This document shows positions 40,597-47,519 of a stretch of 64,000 bases of DNA, one piece after another. The notes beneath the pieces were generated by a model, which was not told where the DNA came from, made no database searches, and saw nothing but the letters and a program-made list of their open reading frames with translations. Every line of letters begins with the position of its first letter. The stretch's first letter is position 1. Source of the DNA: Candidatus Tayloriibacteriota bacterium (GTDB lineage: Bacteria > Patescibacteriota > Minisyncoccia > Phycocordibacterales > PALSA-1337); NCBI GenBank assembly GCA_031384385.1, contig JANNAN010000013.1, forward strand, positions 6,015 through 70,014. Reading direction: 5' to 3'. The position numbers and the translations under genes were made by a program.

Positions 40597-40914
40597 TTAT
40601 TGACCCTTCAGAAAGGCCATCGCTTCGATCAATCCCATCCCGTGTGCCATTTTGCCATCGGGAAATGAATTGAAGATCTTGAAGCGATCAGATTCAGGAA
40701 TGGTGGCGGCTTTCTGTTTCCACCACAGAACCTGTGCAACGCGCTTGGATGTATTGTCCAAATACACCTGCACTTTTTCTGGTTCATCGGTCATGATGCC
40801 GTCGGCTTCCTGAACCGTCTTCACAAACTCCAAACCCCCGATAGTTGTGAAGATCTGAACGATTGCCTTATGGACAGGACTGTCCGGCGTCGCAAGATCC
40901 AGAAATATTTTCAT
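40597..40914 (-). CDS. Hypothetical protein, degenerate receiver-like
   Basis: LEFVKTVQEADGIMTD; translationally coupled (ATGA overlap) to the upstream ORF. Confidence 0.7.
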   Translation of the reverse strand: MKIFLDLATPDSPVHKAIVQIFTTIGGLEFVKTVQEADGIMTDEPEKVQVYLDNTSKRVAQVLWWKQKAATIPESDRFKIFNSFPDGKMAHGMGLIEAMAFLKGQ

Positions 40915-41051
40915 ACCTCTTTCCTCCAGTTTTGTTTTTGTTTGTTGCGGTTGTATCCACGGACACCTTTCGGAGTTCCGTAGGGTTTACCGATGAAAAG
41001 AGTTTGCTTGCGCACACTCTTCATCGCCTTCAACTGAATTGTATTGTTCAT
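40911..41051 (-). CDS. Small basic protein (46 aa)
   Basis: MNNTIQLKAMKSVRKQTLFIGKPYGTPKGVRGYNRNKQKQNWRKEV. Confidence 0.55.
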   Translation of the reverse strand: MNNTIQLKAMKSVRKQTLFIGKPYGTPKGVRGYNRNKQKQNWRKEV

Positions 41052-41118
41052 AGTAATCTGCCACTGATGATCGCGTGAGTGGCAAGTTGCTATGAACAAT
41101 ATTTTATTTAAAGAACTT

Positions 41119-41171
41119 TTCTGTTTCGTCCTTTCGGACTCATCAGTCGAGACTCGCATCTCGAGACAGAA
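41119..41171 (-). ncRNA. Type III hammerhead ribozyme HH5
   Basis: uucuGUC|ucgaga-ugcgag-ucucga-CUGAUGA-gucc-gaaa-ggac-GAAA-cagaa; predicted cut 41165/41164. Confidence 0.96.
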
Positions 41172-41186
41172 CGAATCCTTTGATCC

Positions 41187-41263
41187 GTAGCGCTGCACGC
41201 CAACTCACCATATAGATACGGTGACATTCACACTCTTTTGAATAGAAGGTTAGAGTGATCCTT
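41187..41263 (-). ncRNA. Unassigned three-hairpin RNA motif X2
   Basis: Near-duplicate of 39557-39633. Confidence 0.6.
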
Positions 41264-41288
41264 CTTTTTGTAGTCAGACAAGCTGACA

Positions 41289-41705
41289 TCATAACCAAGA
41301 CAGTTGTTCCCTTATATCCGGATTTCGCTGATCGAATACCGGATTTAAAGAGATTTCCTGTTTGGCTAGACTAGTGAAACCATCTACGCCGTCAACAACC
41401 TTTCCTTTGGAATCATGTCTGATACTCAGCTCAGTTCCTCCGGTAAAATTATTGGCTGCGAATTGTTTCAAGAAGGCTTGCACCTCCTCTCGCAATTTGG
41501 TCTCAGCAAAAGGTTCCTTATCTACACTCACAATCTCGTACGTATCTTCGGCGTATGAATTTTTTTCATCGCCACTCTGATCGTACCAGCTGTATGAGTG
41601 CTTCAGGTAAACCCTTCGGCCAGCAAGTTCAATGACAAATAGAGATTCACCTCCACCGCCATTACTTGCCCCCTCGTCATGACTACGAATAACGAACGCT
41701 TTCAT
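41289..41705 (-). CDS. Hypothetical array protein (138 aa)
   Basis: Strong AAGGAGGTGA Shine-Dalgarno. Confidence 0.75.
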   Translation of the reverse strand: MKAFVIRSHDEGASNGGGGESLFVIELAGRRVYLKHSYSWYDQSGDEKNSYAEDTYEIVSVDKEPFAETKLREEVQAFLKQFAANNFTGGTELSIRHDSKGKVVDGVDGFTSLAKQEISLNPVFDQRNPDIREQLSWL

Positions 41706-41792
41706 ATCTCACCTCCTTTCGTTTTGTTGAGTGTTTATTCAATGAGGTGGAGGATTAGGGATAGAACCCAATCCTCCCAACGACACCCGAAC

Positions 41793-42065
41793 CTAATCAG
41801 GGTCGATCAATATGTGGGCGATCGCGAATGGCCCACCCCAGTCTTCACCGGGATTCACCATTCCATGATCGTGCGTGCACATCAAGGTGGTGGATTTCGG
41901 TGTCGGATAAAACTTTGCAGGATTATCCGTGAGAATCCAGTCTGCTCCTTCTGGAGACGAGACGAACTCCCAACCGTCGGAACGCAGCATTGTCTTGCTG
42001 CCTGTGATCTTTTCGATCAACTCCTCTTTTCCGACCGCGACTTCGATATACATTTTTCGGGGCAT
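41793..42065 (-). CDS. Hypothetical protein, paralog-like of 40597-40914
   Basis: WEFVSSPEGADWILTDNP. Confidence 0.65.
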   Translation of the reverse strand: MPRKMYIEVAVGKEELIEKITGSKTMLRSDGWEFVSSPEGADWILTDNPAKFYPTPKSTTLMCTHDHGMVNPGEDWGGPFAIAHILIDPD

Positions 42066-42084
42066 AAATTCTACTTGTTGATTG

Positions 42085-42169
42085 TTTGAAAAGAACTGAA
42101 ATTCTATGAATCTGCGACTTCAGTCGTAGACTCAATAAAGTGCAGATTTTGATGGAATCTGCTAAAACC
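42085..42169 (-). repeat. Intergenic hairpin element H5 plus boxA-like
   Basis: ACUUUAUU-GAGUCUACGAC-UGAA-GUCGCAGAUUC-AUAGAAU-UUCAGUUCUUUUC. Confidence 0.8.
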
Positions 42170-42175
42170 TGACCT

Positions 42176-42436
42176 CTAGCAATAGTGATCCACACGGATC
42201 GTATTGAAAGAGTAATCCCACCGACTCCCCGAGTACCTCTGATATCTCCACTTTCGTGAAAGTGTCAGTAGGCGACTGCGCTCTCGCTTGGAGAGCCGAC
42301 GACCTGTGTCGTCTGCGAACTTCAGTGTTCGCGATCTCCTTCTGTGGGAGATATCGAGTACACCATCGGTGGTGCTCGATTTTACAGGCTTAAAGCCAGG
42401 AAACTGCACCGTTGCACTACCGTATGATGTACTCAT
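42176..42436 (-). CDS. Hypothetical basic array protein (86 aa)
   Basis: A-rich leader; stop just before H5. Confidence 0.6.
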   Translation of the reverse strand: MSTSYGSATVQFPGFKPVKSSTTDGVLDISHRRRSRTLKFADDTGRRLSKRERSRLLTLSRKWRYQRYSGSRWDYSFNTIRVDHYC

Positions 42437-42849
42437 ATTTTTATTTCGGTTGGTTGTTTTTGAAATATTCGCAGTTCGGAATCACCATGAATGTTCCTTG
42501 ACCAGGTACACACTCACAACTATCCGATGATGTATAAGAGATGGGGTTGTTATCCCGCATGAGGTTATGCCTCTAATCTCCCGTACACCTTGTTCTTTCC
42601 AGGGATGCATGCCCACGTAACGAACGTGGATTGGTCGAGCATTCCCTTTCGACAACAACCTTTCGGTTGAGGTGAAAGAACTAGAGCCCTACAAAATTCT
42701 GCCAATCTACTGAAAACCCTTGCAAGTTTTCTAAGTAATCGGAGCTAGAACAGTGTAGACCCCACACAATGGCTTCTGCGTAGCCTGTGCATATAACTGT
42801 CCTTAATAATTAATTCAGACCAATTATATGCACAAGCATTTCAAAATTT

Positions 42850-42931
42850 ATTTAAAGAACTAAACTCTTTGGGCCAGCAACATTGTTGTAAGCCCAATAA
42901 AGTGCAGATTTTGATGGAATCTGCGAAAACC
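42850..42931 (-). repeat. Intergenic hairpin element H6 plus boxA-like
   Basis: Hairpin A identical to H5; ACUUUAUU-GGGCUUACAAC-AAU-GUUGCUGGCCC-AAAGAGU-UUAGUUCUUUAA. Confidence 0.8.
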
Positions 42932-43005
42932 ATTTGCTTTTCGGGGTTGATTATTGTCCGATAGCAGTGCGACTCTTTTTTGTTAGGAAAAGAGCTAGAG
43001 AAACC

Positions 43006-43392
43006 TTAGTAATCAAGAGGGTGGCATCTGTGCCCGACGCTCTCGCCCCATTTGTTTCTTTCAATCGGAGATTCGAGACCTCCAGACCGATAGAGACATT
43101 TGGTACGCGAGACCGCCAAGGCTTTGATGACATCGTCTCCGATCGTCCCTCGACGCACGAACTGCTTGCGCAAGCGGCGATATTCACGCGGGTTCTTGAT
43201 CAAGCCTAAGCTCTCACAAGTATCCCCGTAGTGACTACCCCGATTGTCGACAGCAATTGTGTGCCTGAAGAACAACCGTCGACCCTCGACCTTGAACGAG
43301 ATGACCCTGTAAGGGATCAGGCTCGCCCAATGGTGGTCCCTCGTGAACCTCTCCGTATGGATTTTGATTTCCATGGTTTGATTCGTTTTCAT
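43006..43392 (-). CDS. Hypothetical basic array protein
   Basis: MKTNQTMEIKIHTERF..., 128 aa. Confidence 0.6.
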   Translation of the reverse strand: MKTNQTMEIKIHTERFTRDHHWASLIPYRVISFKVEGRRLFFRHTIAVDNRGSHYGDTCESLGLIKNPREYRRLRKQFVRRGTIGDDVIKALAVSRTKCLYRSGGLESPIERNKWGESVGHRCHPLDY

Positions 43393-43805
43393 AGTTTCTC
43401 TATTTTTAATGTGCAAATTGGGCTGGCACCAGGGCTAGACTTCTTCAAGTGGCTAACTTGATAAAGCTTTCGCCGTGATGCCAGGAGAGTTTTTTGCGGG
43501 CTCTCAAACCGCCACATAGTACGACCGGCCAAGGTCTTCCTTGCTATATCTCCGTCTTTCAGGAGCTTCCAAGTGACCCTTAGAGCCCTTGGCTGATTTT
43601 CAGCAAATCTCATGCTCGCTACTTCTCGCACTTTCGTGCAGTAGCTTCACACAAGTTCTCTGGTCGCGTGCCAGAGGGGATAGTACCGCCAACCCGGATG
43701 GGTCCGTATAGCATCTCCCTTCGGCCAAACACCATGTGAGTGTTCTGCCCTATGGGTATTCGAATTTCGAGTACCCATTTCGACAGAACACAATTTCAAG
43801 AAACT

Positions 43806-43858
43806 TCTGTTTTCGTCTTTCAAGACTCATCAGTCGGAATACATATTCCGAGAACAGA
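43806..43858 (-). ncRNA. Type III hammerhead ribozyme HH6
   Basis: ucugUUC|ucggaa-uaugua-uuccga-CUGAUGA-gucu-ugaa-agac-GAAA-acaga; predicted cut 43852/43851. Confidence 0.94.
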
Positions 43859-43931
43859 GAGACGATTTGCATCATCCCAGTAGTTTCCGCTCACCAAGCG
43901 CCCTGGAGCTACCCCAGAGAATTACGGGAGT

Positions 43932-44282
43932 TTAATGACTTCCATGGTCAGTCGAAGCGAGAACACTACGGTGTACCCACTGCACGGCTCCAAAGCCGGT
44001 GTCGTAGGATCTCTCGTAGTACACTGTTGCGTTTACATGCACAGGCTGGCCGTTGGTGAAGCCAGTCTCACCGGGAAAAAATCCCTTTTTGCCTTTGATT
44101 TTTCCTTCGAGAAAACGGACTTCGATTCCGTTCGCGCTCACCTTGGAAACAATTCCGGTGGCACTCGCTTCCTCACTCCATTTTTGTGGAGTAGCCAACT
44201 TTTTTGGTAAAGTGGCATAGAAACCGAAACCGATCAGGGCAAAGCCCAGAACAACCAAGAGAACCGCTAATGTCTTCTTCAT
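43932..44282 (-). CDS. Hypothetical membrane-anchored protein
   Basis: GGAG before ATG; N-terminal TM then beta-rich (OB-like) segment. Confidence 0.7.
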   Translation of the reverse strand: MKKTLAVLLVVLGFALIGFGFYATLPKKLATPQKWSEEASATGIVSKVSANGIEVRFLEGKIKGKKGFFPGETGFTNGQPVHVNATVYYERSYDTGFGAVQWVHRSVLASTDHGSH

Positions 44283-44298
44283 AGAACTCTCCATTTTA

Positions 44299-44380
44299 AT
44301 TTAAAGAACTGAAATCTATGAATCTACGACTTCAGTCGCAGACTCAATAAATTGATCATTTGAGGATTAATGATCAAACC
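44299..44380 (-). repeat. Intergenic hairpin element H7 plus boxA-like
   Basis: AAUUUAUU-GAGUCUGCGAC-UGAA-GUCGUAGAUUC-AUAGAUU-UCAGUUCUUUAA. Confidence 0.8.
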
Positions 44381-44381
44381 G

Positions 44382-44636
44382 TTACCCCATTTTGCACCGC
44401 AGGATTTTGCGGCAACCTCTTGCGAGAAGGTCACTCAGCCATGCTGCCCAGAGCGAACGTCGCCAGAAGCGCCGAAGCAGAAGGTATATAACCAGCGCCT
44501 CGATCACCAACGCTACCACAAGACACACGAGTGTCAGACAGTAGACGAAGGTTTCCGGAAATATTTGCCCCAGAGTAGCCTGCGTAAGTTTGTAGAGCAT
44601 TTCCATGCTCTGTCGCATTATTTCATTGAGTTGCAT
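44382..44636 (-). CDS. Hypothetical single-TM protein
   Basis: Hydrophobic core followed by a basic tail; lies between boxA at 44683 and H7. Confidence 0.6.
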   Translation of the reverse strand: MQLNEIMRQSMEMLYKLTQATLGQIFPETFVYCLTLVCLVVALVIEALVIYLLLRRFWRRSLWAAWLSDLLARGCRKILRCKMG

Positions 44637-44780
44637 AGTGAGCGAAGCTCAATTCTTGAGCGTCATTCACTACACAACTCTAATGTAAAGAACCGCAGAA
44701 GTATCTGCACTATGCCGCGCCTCCGTTTTTTTAATATAATTATATAGTTTATGAGGCGCGAGATAGTGCAGACACATTTT

Positions 44781-44862
44781 TATTAAAGAACTGAACTCAA
44801 TGGATTCACAACATCAGTTGCGAACCCAATAAAGTGCTGATTTTGAGAAAATCAGCGAAAAC
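44781..44862 (-). repeat. Intergenic hairpin element H8 plus boxA-like
   Basis: ACUUUAUU-GGGUUCGCAAC-UGAU-GUUGUGAAUCC-AUUGAGU-UCAGUUCUUUAA. Confidence 0.8.
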
Positions 44863-45273
44863 TGCGCGCGATGCCTCATCCTAAGATCACCGTTAGGTGA
44901 TAGCCAGTTATTCAGCAAAGCTGTTACTGGTGATGAAAGCTGGTGGAGGCTCAATGGCCACAACCATCACATTTTTATTTAAGGCTGTGTACACCCACTC
45001 CAATTTGTCCTTGGAGTATTCATGATTATTTTTTCGTACCCTCATGACTGGACGGAGTGGACTAGCAGGTAGCTGTTGCTACGACTTGATGTGTCAAATT
45101 CCCGAAGGAACCAAGACTTCCATCATCTGCTATCCACCCATATTTTTTAGGTACTATGGGGTCGCGACACTCCCTGTACCATATTTAAATCCAAATTATT
45201 TTGATTCAAATACGGTACAAGGAGAAAAACTTATTTCAAGTGAACTGTTTACATGTCAATCGTTCTGGGGTGT

Positions 45274-45301
45274 AGTATAGCAGATACAATAATTTTGTCA
45301 A
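45274..45301 (-). promoter_or_regulatory. Sigma70 promoter driving the cassette array
   Basis: TTGACA-16 nt-TATACT with extended -10 TG. Confidence 0.75.
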
Positions 45302-45540
45302 GTATAATTAACACTTTATACCTAAATACAGCAAATATAGCCCTATAAATATGGATATTTAAGCTATATAAGAGTTATCAAGAAGTGACATATTATAAAT
45401 AATTTTGACAAAGTCAAAATGTAATTTGAAATAAAATATTTCTGTTAAACAATAAAAACATGATAAAAAGGCATAAAATGAATGTTTTCTTGTATCTATG
45501 GCTTAAAATATGGGGTTTATTATGAAAATGACAATAAAAC

Positions 45541-45568
45541 TTGACAAATACAATACATTTGCTATTAT
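45541..45568 (+). promoter_or_regulatory. Divergent sigma70 promoter
   Basis: TTGACA-16 nt-TATTAT with extended -10 TG. Confidence 0.7.
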
Positions 45569-45922
45569 AGTCATGGAAGTGAGTGGTGAGCAGTACATGC
45601 TCTTAAAAGAGTGCCATTCACAATCCCATTAACAAGGAGGACACAATGAGCGACTAGAATGTCGGTAAGTACCGTCTTCTAGTGGACCTCATTGGCACTA
45701 GAAGACGGTATTGAAACCGTTCAAGTCGGATCCTCCGAGTAGTATGGGAAATTGAAAAGAAAGGAAGGTAGGTATGTGTGATTAGCTCAAAAACCGCAGT
45801 GTGTGTTGTCGTGACCGAAAATTCGGAAAAGATCAACATGAAGAAAACTCCATCGGCGAATATTGATCACATTAGCGCTCTGTCAAACAGCGCCTGAAGG
45901 TCTCGATCAAAAGCTAGTTCCC

Positions 45923-45962
45923 AGGCTCCAATCGTCTTTACGGTTGGAGCCTCTTCTTTTTC
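45923..45962 (+). terminator. Intrinsic terminator
   Basis: aggctccaatcgt-cttt-acggttggagcct followed by T tract. Confidence 0.75.
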
Positions 45963-46696
45963 TCATCAAAGCCAACATTGAAGATACTTCTGAATGTTTC
46001 TGCGAATTCCTTACTTCTTATAAAAATACCAGAAAGTTTTTTGCCAAGAATTGCAATTTTAACACGGTCTTCACAGATTGATATATCACATAATATTGGA
46101 TACTTATCTGCATCTACCTTCACCCTCTCACCGTCTTCACTTGTAGGGACTTCTCCATTTTTGTAAGTATACATTACTTTAGATTTGATGTTTTTACCTA
46201 GGCGCATACCTCGATATCTATCTCGCTCTTGTTTCGAAAATATTTCATCAACTAGATCCTTTGAGTATATTAAATAGCTGATGGCGTTTTCATTTTGTCC
46301 AAGAAAAAACTCTTCATGTAGACTTACCAATCCATCTCGACCTTCAAAATATTTTACGATAGGTTTTTCACCACCCTCTCTCTGAACACTCTTTATTTGA
46401 GGAATGACATCCTTTAATTTCTTTGACTGTTCATCAAGCATTATTTTTCGCTGCTCAACATATGTCTCTAATCTTTCTGGCGGCTCAGCTTGGTAATGAG
46501 TTTTCTTGCCAACTGTGGTTTCGGTCACCAGACCTTTTTTTGCAAGAGATTCCAACACGACATAGGTAGTCGATCGATTTAATTTGGTCTTTTTTGAGAG
46601 ATCAAGCACAGAGCTGTTCTCCATAGAAAGCAATGATATATAAACAATTGCCTCCTTCTCGCTCAGCCCGATGTCTTGTAGGTATTTTTCCAACAT
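45938..46696 (-). CDS. TrmB-family transcriptional regulator
   Basis: LQDIGLSEKEAIVYISLL, HTH LNRSTTYVVLESL.KKGLV, VKYFEG. Confidence 0.88.
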   Translation of the reverse strand: MLEKYLQDIGLSEKEAIVYISLLSMENSSVLDLSKKTKLNRSTTYVVLESLAKKGLVTETTVGKKTHYQAEPPERLETYVEQRKIMLDEQSKKLKDVIPQIKSVQREGGEKPIVKYFEGRDGLVSLHEEFFLGQNENAISYLIYSKDLVDEIFSKQERDRYRGMRLGKNIKSKVMYTYKNGEVPTSEDGERVKVDADKYPILCDISICEDRVKIAILGKKLSGIFIRSKEFAETFRSIFNVGFDEKKKRLQP

Positions 46697-46720
46697 GCGA
46701 TTATATTAACATTGAAATCC

Positions 46721-47023
46721 TTAAAACGGAAGGGTCCCTGATAACTGGGGTGGTTCAACGAGATATTTCTCAATCAAATAAATCTCCTGCAAAAGACTGA
46801 CATAGTGCTTCTCATCCAGCTCATCATTTTTGAATTCTACCTTCTGATTTCTTTCGTTCACTTCAAGATAGATTCGACGTTTCTTATCACCAAAATCATA
46901 TAGTGTGAGTATGGTAAAAGATCCATCAAGTTTTTCGTTATACCAGATGATGGCATACTCGCCACGCCAGATGTGAGCATTTTTTCTTGCATCTTTAAAC
47001 GGATCAATGTTATACAAAGGCAT
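46721..47023 (-). CDS. Hypothetical protein
   Basis: 100-aa ORF. Confidence 0.55.
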   Translation of the reverse strand: MPLYNIDPFKDARKNAHIWRGEYAIIWYNEKLDGSFTILTLYDFGDKKRRIYLEVNERNQKVEFKNDELDEKHYVSLLQEIYLIEKYLVEPPQLSGTLPF

Positions 47024-47119
47024 GTGGTATAATTACCATACTAATTCAAAAGTAAGTAATGTCCTTCAGCCAACTGGCAGATACTTTATGGGAGTAGAAG
47101 TAAATGATAATATATATCT

Positions 47120-47437
47120 ATGACTGACGAAGAAAAAAATGGAATATGGGCAGAACTAGAAAAAAAATCTCCTGATTTGATCAAGGCTTTTCTATCGCTT
47201 AAGAACGAAGATGAGCTAAAGGCATTTTTTAGAGATCTTATGAGTGAAAGAGATTTACGAGAGTTTGCGATGAGGTGGGAGGTGGCGAAGAAACTAGACG
47301 CCGGTACTCCATTTTCGCAGATTCAGGAAGAATCTGGTGAATCACCAGTAACAATCACAAAGATCAACCGATGGTTGAAGGAAGGTTGTGGTGGATATAA
47401 AATGATGATTGATCGACTCAATGGTGATCAAAAATAA
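47120..47437 (+). CDS. YerC/YecD (Trp-repressor-like) DNA-binding protein
   Basis: FFRDLMS..L..FAMRWEVAKKL...SPVTITKINRWL..GCGGY. Confidence 0.85.
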   Translation: MTDEEKNGIWAELEKKSPDLIKAFLSLKNEDELKAFFRDLMSERDLREFAMRWEVAKKLDAGTPFSQIQEESGESPVTITKINRWLKEGCGGYKMMIDRLNGDQK

Positions 47438-47519
47438 TTCGCACTTCCGCAAATTAAAGTATAGACTAAGGATTGATTCAGTCAGTTCTTTTTAACAACT
47501 CAACCAAAGGGAGGCTCCC

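Noticed and set aside
37984-41198. N-terminal extensions of track ORFs (to 38049, 38484, 39456, 41198; also 36574)
   Set aside because: They run through RNA elements; downstream starts after the boxA motif are better supported.
42095-42125. Pseudoknot between the H apical ACUGAA and downstream UUCAGU
   Set aside because: It is possible in only four of nine copies, shows no covariation and is sterically implausible across a ~19-bp stem.
36541-44862. H elements as integron attC sites served by the tyrosine integrase
   Set aside because: There are no outer RYYYAAC/GTTRRRY boxes, they alternate with hammerheads in the same slot, the integrase is explained by the gap att site, and I see no IntI-specific insertion.
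35387-44862. CRISPR array
   Set aside because: The repeats are degenerate and structured, spacing is hundreds of bases containing ORFs, and no cas genes are present.
45646-45865. Amber stop-codon recoding suggested by two M-x-D-TAG starts
   Set aside because: Read-through gives only 22-30 aa peptides, and TAG terminates normal genes in both host (clpB) and element (PRTase).
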